A stretch of DNA of 64,000 nucleotides, taken from NCBI GenBank assembly GCA_951804945.1, contig OX638156.1, forward strand, positions 38,564,001-38,628,000, given 5' to 3'. Source of the DNA: Podarcis cretensis (taxonomy: Eukaryota). Shown here one piece after another: positions 8,901 to 20,564 of this stretch. The notes under the pieces were generated by a model. It saw only the letters and a program-made list of their open reading frames with translations. It was not told where the DNA came from and did not search any database. Position numbers and translations under genes: made by a program. Within the stretch, counting starts at the first letter, position 1, and each line of letters starts with the position of its first letter.

Positions 8901-11900
8901 AGCACATTATGAAAAGTTGGTTTAGAATCTAATGAAAAGTTGTGGCTTCTGAGGCAGAGGAGGAGAGAGAGGTGTGTAAATTATTGAACTTTGTGGCTTG
9001 GAAATGGGTGGGTCATATTCTTCTTTCCATCTTACATTTTCTAATGGAAATTTATGCTTTGGATGTTCAGGTCCACAGCACCATTAGACAGTTATTTCCA
9101 GATCAACAGGACACAAGCGACAGCAGCATCACACATCCTAGCAGGTCACAGTGGGAACAGCTCAGATGAAACTGTGGTTCTAAGTGATTCTGAGAGTAAC
9201 AGCAGCAGCAGCTCCACTGAGGAGGAAGAGGAGACAGTGGGTGCCCTTGAGGAGGCACCTGGGCCAGCCAACTTGGGAGGTTTGTATTGGTTCTTTAAAG
9301 GGGCCTAAAACTTCAGAAATGGCTCGTGATGCATTGCCTACCTTTGACCACAACCATCTAGTTGTTTACAGTCATACCTCGGATTGTGAACGCTGCGGGT
9401 TGTGCGTTTTTGGGTTGCGGACCACACCAAACCCGGAAGTACCAGAACGGGTTACTTCTGGGTTTCGGCACTTGCGCATGCACAGAAGCACAAAATGATG
9501 TCATGCGCAGAAGTGCCGAATCACGTCATGCGCGTGTGTACGCTGAAGGTTGCGAATGTGCCTCCCGCACGGATCACGTTTGCAACCCGAGCTATGACTG
9601 TATTCATTACCTTCTGCTTAGGGCAGCTTACTTCAAAGGGTATGACAATTGAATTTTCATAACAACTCTGAGAGGTAGGCTAGGTTGGGAGATGATGACT
9701 TGGGCCTGACCATACCGTTTATTTCATGACTGCAGAGACTTGAACCAAGGCCAGACTTTGCCACTGTATCCTGCTGTCTTTGAATAATTGAAAGCTGTTT
9801 TCTTTGTATAAACCTTGTTAAATGTCAAACTGAGGTTCTGTTATGCAAATAGGCATGCTTATTATTATTTTATTTCACACATACACAAAAAGGGTTTCAC
9901 AGAGGAATTTTGAGAAGGGGTTTATAGGGGAGATTCAGGTACCATATACATTTTATTTGTGCATTGTACTCCCTTTTCTGAACAGCAAGAGAAGTTTGGA
10001 GGTTATTTAAAAAGAGCAGATGAGGATAGTAAAAATGCAGGAACAAAGGTGGGGCATCTTGGGAAATGAGGGAAGAAAGGAAGGTTGAAGCAAGCCAGTT
10101 GGAACATAGGTGGAAGGGGGGTTGTGCTGGGAAGCCACCATTGGAATTTGCAGAGGGTGTCTTGCTGGCTGAGTTATTTTACTATTTTCTTACAAGTTTT
10201 TTTTTTTTTTTAAATTGCCTCCTGTTAACATAGTTTGAAGGATTATCTTGGTGAAAAAGCTGCTCTCTTTTCTCTTTTTTTCTTAGACAGCAGTGGCTTT
10301 GTGTTCAGTCACTTTGAACTTCCCTTTTAAATGCTAACAATTTGTTACTGAGTTTTTGTTTATGTGGCACTAATTACAACCTGTCCCCATCTCTTCCTAT
10401 ATTAATTATTCCTTTGTTTCTCCCCTGCAGTTTCTGATGCAACCCAAATGGAGCCTCCTGGAGGGGATTCTGTTGGGCCAGAGCATCCTGATGCTAGAGG
10501 TGCCACTGCCCTCCAGAAGAAGGTACGACTGATTTGGTGTGTGCTGTGGAGGGTGTGCAGCCAATTAAGATAAACCAATATTGCATTTGCTTGACCTTTT
10601 CCATGTTCTCTTGTTTCAGACAACTCCCTTAAAGAGAACTCACCTAGCTGCTCCTCTGGCTCCTCTGGGTGAGGAAGAGGAGAGTGGAGATACCTGTGCC
10701 ATCTGCTTTGAAGAGTGGACAAATGCTGGGGAGCACCGTCTTTCTGCACTGCGGTGTGGGCATCTCTTTGGCTATAGCTGCATTGAGAGGTGGCTGAAGG
10801 GACAAGTGGGCAAATGCCCACAGGTAAAAGCTTGGAAGGGTATTTTGTTTCCTCTGTCTGATGCGTAACCTAAATCTTCCTCTCTGAAACCCATTTATTC
10901 TTTTCCTGTCCTTGGTAAAATTTGTGGGCAACAGTTCTCTCCACATTATTTTCCTGTTTTCAATTCTCCCTTTCTGCATTACTTTCCATGCCATCTTCCT
11001 GTAAGCTCTTCCTCTTTTGGCTTGCCTTCTGTAGACCTTCTTGTGTTTTTCTTTGCACTCCCCTGAGCTGTGTTCCATTTTTTGGATGCCTTCTTCCTTG
11101 TTTTGGCACTCAAACACTTTAGTGGCACAGCACTTTAGCCAGCGTTGAGCACAGCAGGACTCCTCAAATCTGGGCTCTAGGAGTTGCAACAAGTTGTCCT
11201 TCCCTTTGGTCAAACTCTTCCTGTGAGGAGAGTATTTTTATCAGCATTTGCCAACTTGGTGCCCTCCATATGTTTTGGACTGCAAATCCCCTATCAGTGC
11301 CAGCTAGCACAGATGTGCTGGTTAAGTCTGAATGAAGTTATGTAATCCAAAACTTCTGGAGGACACCAAGTTGGCAGCAGCTGCTGTACATCATATTTGG
11401 TGACAGAGCAGTGGTAGAACTTCCACCTGAGACGATGGATTTTTGGAGGGGGGGGTAGTAAGGTGCTGTTTACCTTTTTAAGTTGTTGTCTTTGCTTTGT
11501 TGGCTAAGTTCAGGATTTTGCCTGGGATCAGTCAGGTCAACAAGACTACCTGTCGGCACAAGGAAACTTTGAGAAGAGATGCTTGGGCATGATGTTGAGC
11601 AGGTCACTTTTGCATGTTTGGGGGAGTCCCACTAATTGTTCTGGAGAATTACTTGAGATAAGGGGAGTCTCTCAGCAAGCCAACACTGTACATTCATCCC
11701 TGCTTTTGCAAAGAGATCTATTTGAAAAGCAGTATCAGTCATGAAAAATTAATAGCAGCACAGTAAATGTCCTTCATAACCAATAAATTGGCTTATGTTC
11801 ACATTTTTTCATTTTTTAGTGTAATAAGAAAGCCAAGCGCTCGGATATAGTAGTCCTTTATGCTCGTACCCTGAAAGCGCTGGACACCAGTGAACAGGAA

Positions 11901-14900
11901 CACATGAAAAGGTATATACTCACAACTTTCCTCCTATAAGTTTGAGGGTAGCAGTACCTGGCATAAACACCTGTCTTGGCAAACTGTCACTATGCCTCAG
12001 CTGAGTCACATGAGCATCTGTGTGATTGGAGAAGATACTTGTGTCCTAACCCCAGGCTTTAGTTCAAGGCCTTGCTTTGTTACACTTGTATTAGGTAGGT
12101 ATGATAGGTACAGTGTTTGGATGTCCCTGTGAAGATATATGCCTGCTTCTATAACTTTTTTTTTTACTGGTATATATATTTAAGATAAAATGAGATGCAT
12201 TTTCTATTGAATCTCTCATGGTTATTCTGAAATTGAAGTATTACTATTTAAATGTCTCTGTCTAAATTCAAGAGACTGTTATTATGTCTCTAAAAGTTTT
12301 TGGGTGGCAGGAAAATGGAACAGAAAACGAATTCTTCTCATCAGTGGGAGAGAGATGGGTTGGCTCATGAGCTTCCTTAATTGCATCTGTTGTACTTTCC
12401 TCCTGCAGCTCTTTAGAGAAGGAGCAAATGCTACGAAGGAAGGCAGAGCTGGAATCCGCACAGAGCCGCCTCCAGCTGCAGGTCTTGACAGATGAATGCA
12501 GTAAACTTCGGCAGCAAGTTCAGGTAGGTTTAGCCATATCCTGTTCATGCAGTACCTTCTAAATTCCCTTCCCATGTACAAGAAAATGAAATGCGCTATC
12601 TTCATGGCCTTTTCTCTCACTCTCTGCTAATGATGGACAGGATAATAGTATACCCCAGTTCACTGGCCCCAACTCTAGGGGGCCCTGGGTGGCACGGCAC
12701 CCACAACATTTTGTGGGTGCTTAGCATCCACACCGTGGGGCTCCAGTGCAACCTCTGAGGCGACGTGCGAGGCCCTGCCAGGCTTCCAAACGTGATTTCT
12801 GGTAGAAACGTTCTGCTGATGTAACATGACATCATGGTGTAATGTTACGTTGTGGGTGCCATTGGGCACCCAAAATCTGGGGCCCAGGTCGTCACCCTGG
12901 CCCAGTTTCATTCCTTGCTTTGAGTTTGTATGTCAAAGCTTGTGATCTGGGGAAAGGAGTCACAAAAACATTCCAAATCAAAACTCTAATCTGGTAAAAT
13001 TTATATACCCTCAGTGAATTTATATAACTCAGAAAACTTCCAGAGCAGTATTCCAGAGCACAAAAAAATCTGAATGGGGACCCACACAAGACATCCCCTG
13101 CCATACCCCCAGAGACAACCTCTCAAAACAGTTCTGAGACAGCGCTCTTCTTTGTCCCAGCCTGCATCTTCCAGACACTCATCACATCAATACATGGAGA
13201 GGAAACAGACACAGGAAGGAATAGAAATTGTATATTGCAGGAAATAGTGAAAAAACTAAGGCAAGCTCAGCTAAGGAACCACCTTGCAGAATGAAAAGTG
13301 GCAAGTTGAAGGGTAGGATATCCCAGCTATATTTTAGCTGGGGGATGAGATGGTTGGGCATTTGAAGGGCTTTTGCATTTGGTGTATTTCTTTTCTGTGA
13401 CAAAGTTTTTGTTTCAGAATTTATAAACCACTCTACATGCAAAAAATAGCCAAGTTGTATACAAAAGCAGTAAAGGAACAACAACCCTGAACAAGTTGTT
13501 CATGACTTTTACTACTGTTCTGCCTGTGGAAACATCCAGTGCTCTCGGCTCCACACATACCGTACTTTCTTTGCCTCATTTTTCCTGCTTTCTATTCTAT
13601 AGGAATTAAAGGCCCTGATGGCTCGCCACAACACCCTTTCCTCTCAGCAGCCCAGCAACTCTCGCTCATGCTTTCCAGGCTGCCTCTCCTCCAGCCAGGG
13701 CCAGCACAAGTACCACTTTGAGAGGGCCACCCTAGTGTCTCAGGTGGGCAACTGCCGGGTTATGGCATACTGCGACCCACTGAGCTGCCTTGTAGTGTCA
13801 CAGCCATCTCCACAAAGCACCCTCATTCCTGGTGAGTTGCCTGCTGAAGCAAGTCACTAAGTTTTATGATGGTAATGGTTTTTTCACTGCCTTGGTCAAT
13901 CAAGAGGACAGACATTGCAGCATTTGGACTCTAGCAAGGTGGGCTTTCTGCTGATCAGTTTGCTTTGTGTCTCAGGCTGTGGAATTAAGATGATGAGTGC
14001 TGTCAACTCAAAGAGCAGCCAATATGTCCCCATCCACAGCAAGCAGATCCGGGGCTTGGCTTTCAGCAACCGTGCAGATGGCTTGCTCTTATCTGCTGCT
14101 TTAGACCATACCCTCAAGCTTACCAGGTGAGTAGTGATGATTATGATGCCTGCTTCCTTTCTCTGTGGTCCAGGAGATTGTGTAAGGATCTTATTCTGGA
14201 AGTATTGCCTGGCTCCTGCAGAGCAGCTTTGTCTGAACTGTGCTGTTCTGCCCACAACTGGGTATCTGCTGGATAGCGTGGGCCATGTGCAGAAGTGCCA
14301 AGGTCCTCAGTGGGAGACCGCTTTGATATGTAAAGCTCCGCTAACTTTCCCTCAGCTTGACTACAAACACCGTTGTGCAGACATACAATACTGGTCGACC
14401 TGTCTGGAGCTGCAGCTGGTGCCTGGATGACACCAACTATGTCTATGCTGGCTTGGTCAACGGCTCTGTCTTGGTGTATGACCTGAGGGACACAAGCTCT
14501 CATGTCCAGGAGCTTGCTCCACAGAAATCCAGGTATCGCTTTCCTGCTTTATACAGTTAGGTTGTCCTTTGAACATATGAATTAAGACTGTAGAGGACTT
14601 TGAAGCAGATGAAGGATGATCTGTGCTTGTAGAACTTTACAATTTTCACGCCATGTGTTACTGGTATATCTTTCCTGGCACAGAATTTGAGGAACACTAC
14701 CTTTTACTCTGGTTGCTGGTTACCGCCCCACTGTAACCCAGAATGAAGACCTTTGAGAATGGCCTAATGGCAGAGGTTTAGCTTGATAAACTTGTCTGGA
14801 ACCCATTTCCAGTCCTTAATGCATTGCACTAAGACTTCTCAGAATGTGTATTTTTCAATCAGTTCTGTGGATGAGGAATAGGAATGAACATTGGGTGAGG

Positions 14901-17061
14901 TAAGCCCTGGAGAGATTGTCATACTTGCAATGTTGCTTGCAGTGATTGACTTCTACCTTGTTCTTTTCTGGGGTTGTGAACAGTCATGGTGATATGGAGC
15001 TCAGTTTGTTTCTTACTCAGAAGTCAATTGTGCAGTGTTCAGTGGTGCTTGCTCAGAGGTAAATATTAATAGGATTTCAGTCATAGCACCAGTTCTTTTG
15101 GCCAGTGGTATGTAGAAGTGAGAGTGATTCTCCAGTTCTCTTTGAAATCCTTCCTTACTCATGCTCATTCAGACTCACAACAGCAAATGGGTAGGGAAAG
15201 TGGAATGGTTTGACATTGTTGGTTATTGCTCTTTCCTCTGTCCCTCACAGGTGCCCTGTGGTATCCTTATCGTATCTTCCCCGAATGGCCTCTGCCTCAC
15301 TGCCCTATGGTGGACTGGTATCTGGGACACTGGAGGGAGCCTGCTTTTGGGAACAGAAGGCCAGTGGCTCTTACCGGCCTCACCACCTCCTCCTGGAGCC
15401 TGGAGGTTGCATTGACCTTCAGACAGAGGCCAGCACACGGCACTGCCTTGCAACATTCAGACCCAGTAAGTTGTGATGTGTAGACATCAGGGGAGGGCTA
15501 TTTTTATGCAGTGTTGGGATTCCTTTCACCCTAAATGTGGACACAGTTACAACTTTGTGGACAGAAACCACTTACCATATTTGTTGTTGGCGTCTCTTGC
15601 ACACACATTAAAAGAGAAGAGGATACCTCTGGCCTGCTTCTAAAATGCTGCACCAGTTATTCTATACCCCAGTCTCCCCAAATCTTTTCAAGATGATGGG
15701 GCACAGAGGGTGCAGTCTCCCATCCCCAAATACAATATGGATCTTTTACGGGAGGCATTATTTCCACCCTGGTGAAGGGTAAGTGCCAACTACTTCAGGA
15801 GTCTATCCCTCCCTAGAACTTTGCAGCTCCCAAGAGGGACCTTCTGTGCAGTATGAGCACTCCTGCTTCCGTAGGATGACATGCAAGGAAGGGATTGCAA
15901 GTGAGTAGTATCCTAAGGAAATGGGGTAGTTGCCATGAGCGGTGAGTGAAGCGGTCAGGCAGTGGCCTCTGGGCTGCACTTAAACCAGAGTACAGTGTTT
16001 TGTCTTGATACCTTCCTATGATACCTTGATACCTACCTGTCCCCTGAAAAGCTCTTCACTTTCATCCCACAGATAGAAACAATAACTGTTTACGGTGTGT
16101 GGTGATGGAGCTGACCTCTACTCAGCTGACTGATGGGACTGAGGATGTGATCTGTTCATGTCGTCCAGTTCAAACTCTTACTGCGGGTCCATCGTGCAAA
16201 CTCCTGACCAAAAATGCCATCTTCCAGAGTCCTGAAGATGATGGCAGTATTCTTGTGTGTGCTGGAGATGAAGCATCAAACTCTGCCATGGTACCATTTT
16301 TTTGTTCTTTGTTGTAGGAGTAGGACGTTGTTTCCGGCTCTGTGTTAATAGTCTAAAATGCTGGAAGCTTTGGTGGCGGTTAGGGTACTTGAGTAATTGT
16401 TTTCCTATGTTTTTAAGGCTATGCAGTTTCAAAGAGCTTAATGCCAGGTTGGTCATTGAGAAAAGACTTGAGCCCTTGTTCTAGTGAAAATTCTGTTTTG
16501 AGACACTGGTATAGCCTGTATCTGCCTCTTTGGAGCATTTCCTCATGGCAATAACAGTGCCATTTCCATTATATGGACATGGGGCTCTCTTGTCCTCCCT
16601 CTTCTCACTTTCCTTGAGGCTTGACTCTGGGTATGGACATGCATGTTTTCTGTGCCAGGGCTGCAACCACTCCTCCTTGTACACAGGGAGCGCCAAAGAG
16701 GGATGTCCTCAGCATTACAGCACTAATCACTTGCTCACTCTGAATCCACCCAAAATGTGTGGTGATGTTTGGCTGCTTGCCAATGTATGGGGGAAAGTAA
16801 CAGTTCAATACTTTTGTAACTGGTCTCCTTGCTACATCCCAACTAGTAACAGCTAGAGTTGTATTTTTATTCAACAGGATTCCTGATAAGCTGTGACTCT
16901 ATTTGTTTATCCTGCAGCTCTGGGATGCAGGGAGTGGCTCCCTGCTGCAGAAACTCCCTGCTGACCTTCCTGTGTTAGATGTATGCCCTTATGAGGTGAA
17001 CCGCAACAGCTTCTTGGCTACCTTGACAGAAAAGATGGTGAAGATCTACAAGTGGCAATGA
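5684..17061 (+). CDS. RFWD3: RING finger and WD repeat domain 3 E3 ubiquitin ligase (FANCW), complete; 12 coding exons, 2145 nt, 714 aa
   Basis: Exons 5684-5982, 9071-9279, 10431-10522, 10620-10823, 11820-11911, 12409-12523, 13603-13831, 13976-14126, 14356-14532, 15251-15465, 16073-16290, 16918-17061 are all GT-AG and in frame. They encode the RING ([44 protein letters not shown]), a coiled coil and WD40 repeats ending ...[10 protein letters not shown], matching recalled human RFWD3. Confidence 0.97.
6779..6939. mobile_element. hAT MITE
   Basis: Termini aataggcataggcagg / cctggctatgcccatg; 8-bp TSD gcagagca (6771-6778) / gtagagca (6940-6947). Confidence 0.65.
7098..7282 (-). mobile_element. 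tRNA-derived MIR/CORE-like SINE with L2-type tail
   Basis: tgtgaggtagg...tgactggcccaaggtcacccagtgagcttcatg...gggatttgaacc (reverse B box); related copies at 19205-19405 and 26128-26350. Confidence 0.7.
7807..8635 (-). mobile_element. Solo LTR (probably Gypsy-type), 829 bp, antisense in RFWD3 intron 1
   Basis: TGTCAG...CTGACA inverted termini; perfect 5-bp TSD GTAAC (7802-7806 and 8636-8640); minus-strand AATAAA at 7875-7880; CpGs largely retained. Confidence 0.85.
9071..9279 (+). CDS. RFWD3: RFWD3 coding exon 2
   Basis: ttcag|G; [15 protein letters not shown]...[11 protein letters not shown]; G|gtttgt. Confidence 0.9.
9369..9600. mobile_element. pogo/Tigger-type (Tc1/mariner superfamily) MITE, subfamily A
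   Basis: TA|CAGTCATACCTCGG...CCGAGCTATGACTG|TA. Confidence 0.9.
10431..10522 (+). CDS. RFWD3: RFWD3 coding exon 3
   Basis: ctgcag|TT TCT...AAG AAG|gtacga; bridges the phases of exons 2 and 4. Confidence 0.8.
10620..10823 (+). CDS. RFWD3: RFWD3 coding exon 4 (RING finger)
   Basis: [10 protein letters not shown]...KCPQ|gtaaaa. Confidence 0.96.
11242..11383. mobile_element. Hairpin-type MITE
   Basis: Inverted arms ccaacttggtgccctcca..gttttgga / tccaaaac..tggaggacaccaagttgg; related degraded copies near 34620-34680 and 58018-58140. Confidence 0.6.
11820..11911 (+). CDS. RFWD3: RFWD3 coding exon 5
   Basis: [30 protein letters not shown]. Confidence 0.95.
12409..12523 (+). CDS. RFWD3: RFWD3 coding exon 6 (coiled coil)
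   Basis: [38 protein letters not shown]. Confidence 0.95.
12661..12899. mobile_element. Degenerate hAT MITE
   Basis: 8-bp TSD ccccagtt (12653-12660) / gcccagtt (12900-12907); CA...CTG ends; internal gcacccac/gtgggtgc inverted motifs. Confidence 0.55.
13603..13831 (+). CDS. RFWD3: RFWD3 coding exon 7
   Basis: ELKALM...QHKYHFE...[10 protein letters not shown]...[10 protein letters not shown]. Confidence 0.95.
13976..14126 (+). CDS. RFWD3: RFWD3 coding exon 8 (WD40)
   Basis: GIKMMS...[11 protein letters not shown]...[14 protein letters not shown]. Confidence 0.95.
14356..14532 (+). CDS. RFWD3: RFWD3 coding exon 9 (WD40)
   Basis: [20 protein letters not shown]...VYDLR. Confidence 0.95.
15251..15465 (+). 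CDS. RFWD3: RFWD3 coding exon 10 (WD40)
   Basis: [11 protein letters not shown]...[12 protein letters not shown]...FRP. Confidence 0.95.
16073..16290 (+). CDS. RFWD3: RFWD3 coding exon 11
   Basis: [32 protein letters not shown]|gtacca. Confidence 0.95.
16918..17061 (+). CDS. RFWD3: RFWD3 terminal coding exon 12
   Basis: [47 protein letters not shown]. Confidence 0.95.
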   Translation, partial: LWDAGSGSLLQKLPADLPVLDVCPYEVNRNSFLATLTEKMVKIYKWQ

Positions 17062-18145
17062 CTGTCTGCTGCATGCTGCCCCAATGAGCTACTCTCTGAA
17101 CTGAGCCAATTTCCCACAAGCCAGCTCTGCTGCTAACTGGATTCTAGCTGCCTTGAGTGCACCCTGCCAACATTGCTGCACAAGCAAAATCTTGCTCCTT
17201 AGAACAGCTCTCTCCCATGCCCAGCCCACACATTTGTTCCTTTTTTTTAAGATGAGGTGGATTTTTGTTTCCACCTCATCTTAAAGGAAACCACTTTTAC
17301 CTTATTGTGGACCGTGTGCTTTTCTGGCTTTACTGCCTAGGCAGATTACGGGGCCCTTCTGAGAAAAAAATTGGCTGCCAGTTTATATTTCCTGGAAATT
17401 TACCATTGACCTTGGATGAAGATCATGATCTCTGCTCTTCTTGTGATTTTGGAGGCTTGTGGCATGGGCAATACTCCTTTGGCAGAAGACTGCTTAAATT
17501 TCTGTTTCAGCCCATCTCATAAAGAAGATGGGACCTTGCCTGAAGTGAGCTGTTCAAGTTATATCTCTGGACCATGACTGGGCTTGGTAAAAGGTGGCGG
17601 TGAAGCCTGTTGGGAATTGGCTGCTAAAAGACATTGTGAATAAGAAAATATAATTGTGGTCTGATGAAGAATGGGTAACTTCAGGTATAAATATGCTCCT
17701 GTAAGACTTCCTATAGACCTCCATTGAGAACTGGGCAGAGTGCTGTGCCTGACAGATCATTGGGAGTTGAAACATGAAGCAATTCCAGAACTCTACCAAC
17801 TCTATTGACAGAAAAAAACCATTTGCTGGGACTGTTGGTGATTCATCTTCTGCTATAAATTAAAATAGGATCAAATATTTCATGTATGCGTTCTTGCCCA
17901 AGGCTAGCAATCAAGAGAGTGATGCAAATTACAAGACCAATATTAGGGTTGTTGGTTTTTTACTTTACCTGAAGCCCGTAGAAATCACACCATTGTGTGC
18001 TGCCTGAACTGATGGGTTACTATACAGAATTACAGAACAACATTTCTAAAGTTTAACTGTATGGCCCATTTGTCTAAAAATGTACATGTTTCCATTGAAC
18101 TGTGCTTTGTGTGTGTGAGATACTACTTTTATATGCAACAGGAAG

Positions 18146-18151
18146 AATAAA
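18146..18151 (+). terminator. Candidate RFWD3 polyadenylation signal AATAAA
   Basis: Canonical hexamer about 1.1 kb after the stop, with upstream TGTA motifs. Confidence 0.55.
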
Positions 18152-18695
18152 GAATGTTTAATATATACAAGAGGAAGAATATAGAATGTTTAATATCTCT
18201 GGCTTTCTCCAAATGGCAAAACCCTCCATTGCAATGTTAAATTGCTGCTTGCACTGCCTCACAAGCAACTGCAATGTTTGAGATATAAATATAGGATCCT
18301 CTAAATGCCAAATAAGTCATGAAGTTTGGGTTAGTGGATCCAATATGTTGTGGTAATTATGATATATGATTGGGATATTTCCATGTAGCAAGGTAATCAT
18401 GTAGCAAGCTAATCTACCAGAGTTTGGAACAACTGTGAAACTTACCTAGTTTGCTGAAAGGTGGCTGCATAGTCTCCACTCTAAATGACAGAGTGAATTC
18501 AATGTTTATCTTGGGTGAAAGGCAGGCGTGGTGGTGTTTCAGGGTCTCCCTCCCAACAGTGCTGTTCTTGTATATCTGGGTGGGGAAGGGCAGCAGCGAA
18601 GTTGGAACTGTGCTGGTGCAATGGTAAAGCCAATTGAGTGTCTGAAACCACTCGCCATTTGGAATTGGAGGTACACTGAACATATCTTTTAATTA

Positions 18696-18909
18696 CAGTG
18701 GTACCTCAGGTTACAAACGCTTTGGGTTACAAACTCCACTAACCCGGAAGTAGTAGCTCAGGTTGAGAACTTTGCCCCAGGATGAGAATGGAAATCGTGC
18801 AGTGGCAGCGGGAGGCCCCATTAGCGAAAGCGTGCCTCAGGTTAAGAATGGTTTTGGGATAAGAATGGACCTCTGGAACGAATTACGTTCGTAACCCAAG
18901 GTACCACTG
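18696..18909. mobile_element. pogo/Tigger-type MITE, subfamily B
   Basis: TA|CAGTGGTACCTC...AAGGTACCACTG|TA. Confidence 0.9.
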
Positions 18910-19204
18910 TACTATGTAGTAGTCATACTTTGGACCATTAAAGTGTTGATACAGGAATTCAGCTCAGTATTTGTGTTGCTGAGTTTCTAAAGCATAATTG
19001 CTGGCCTAAGCCTCAAAGAGGCTTACTTACAAATAAAGATAGTTTAATCTCAAATAATATAATTTACCAACAACAAGGGTAGGACCTGCATTAACACCAT
19101 GTTCTTTCCTTTCTCTGTAATGTGTGGGTATCGTTACCTATGTAGAGAAGTCAGGTAGACGGGATAACATTTACTATTACTATGACTACTATTGTGTTCC
19201 TGTT

Positions 19205-19405
19205 ATTTATTATTATTATGTGTGTTTATATCCCACATTTTTCTACAAGCTCATGGTGGTCTACATAGTTCTTCCCCTCTAAATTTTATCCTCACAACAT
19301 CTCCCTGAAGTAGGTTAGGCTGAGAGTGAGTGTTCAAGATTGCCATCTGAGCTTCCTTGTGACTGGGGATTTCAACCCTGGTCTCTGAGACTAAATACAC
19401 TAGCT
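19205..19405 (-). mobile_element. MIR/CORE-like SINE, degraded
   Basis: (TTA)n tail, atcctcacaaca..gtaggttaggctgagag, ggggatttcaaccc. Confidence 0.6.
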
Positions 19406-19859
19406 CTATATAGCAAGGGAGCATACAAAATAGAGTAAAAACAACTAAAAGCCGTTAAAACCAACACAAAAACTAATAGAATATGATTTTTTAGAAGTAG
19501 TATAGAATGGCCAACCTTTGCAGAATCATATTCATCCTGGCTGGGAAGGTGTTTGCTGCATTAGCCACAGGTTATGGCATTTGCATGACTTGTGAGCAAA
19601 TAATGTGTGCAAAAACTACTCCCACGGCACTTAAAGTACAGATAAGAAGGAAGTTCCATTGAGCCTTAGGCAATTTGCTGGGCACACAGTTCTGCTTGCA
19701 CAGAAAATAAGATTACTGTGTACACACACACAGAGACACACACACAAACACACTGTATATACAGTAATCTTAACTTGATAAAAATAAGTGGTCTTGCTGT
19801 TATGGGCAAGAAAGAATTTCCTAAAAATTAGAATAACTTTAGGGGAAAGTTAGAGGGTC

Positions 19860-20165
19860 GGGGTGTATGACGAGAGAGAGAGGCGACAGAGGAAAGCGCC
19901 ATTCCGGTTCTTTTCCCTGAAAGACCTGCCAGTAGGTGTCGCGCCGCTCTCCGACAACCAACCCTTTCCTCTGGCTATGTGGTGACGTCACCTGCCTCGC
20001 TCTGCTCGCCGCGGCGACGTCGCCGCCGTCCTTACGCACTCCGAGAGGCGGTGGGCGTGACTGCCAGTGCCGTTGGCGTTGCGCGCGCAGGCTGCGGCGG
20101 GCGGGGCCTAAGGCAGCGAGGCCGGGCCGGGCCGAGCGGAGCTGAGGAGAGGAGTCGCATCCAAG
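19860..20165 (+). promoter_or_regulatory. GLG1 CpG-island promoter and 5' UTR
   Basis: CRE palindrome GGTGACGTCACC 19981-19992; GCGGCGACGTCGCCGC 20011-20026; GC box near 20098-20107; YY1-like CAAGATGGCG over the ATG; CpG-dense to about 20850. Confidence 0.85.
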
Positions 20166-20564
20166 ATGGCGCCGTGCGGACGTGTCCCGGCCCGGAGACG
20201 CGGGCCGGGCCCTCTCCTCGCCGCCCCTTTCCTCTGGCTGCTCGTGGCTCTCGGGTCAGCCCGGGCACAGCAGCAAGGCGGGGCAGCGGCGGTCGGGGCC
20301 GCCCAGGGGTTCCCGGGGCAGCAGCCGGCGGCCGTAGGGGGATTGGGGGGCCAGCCGCTGCCTCAGTTGGGGCTGGGAGCACTCCCGGGGGGCGGCGGAG
20401 GCGGAGCTGGGGGTGGCCGTCTGCCCCGCGGGGGCTCCTCGGCGGGAGGCGGCTGGAAGCTGGCGGACGAGCCGGTGTGCCGCGAAGACGTGACCCGCGT
20501 CTGCCCCAAGCACAGCTGGGCCAACAACCTGGCCGTCCTCGAGTGCCTGCAGGACGTGCGGGAG
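20166..20564 (+). CDS. GLG1: GLG1 exon 1 (signal peptide, Gly/Gln-rich linker)
   Basis: MAPCGRV...LLAAPFLWLLVALGSARA...GGGWKLADEPVCREDVTRVCPKHSWANNLAVLECLQDVRE|gtgagc. Confidence 0.95.

Noticed and set aside
10644-11213. 189-aa Lys/Arg-rich antisense ORF
   Set aside because: No ATG at the annotated start; it is the mirror of a pyrimidine-rich intron plus the RING exon, with no homology I recognise
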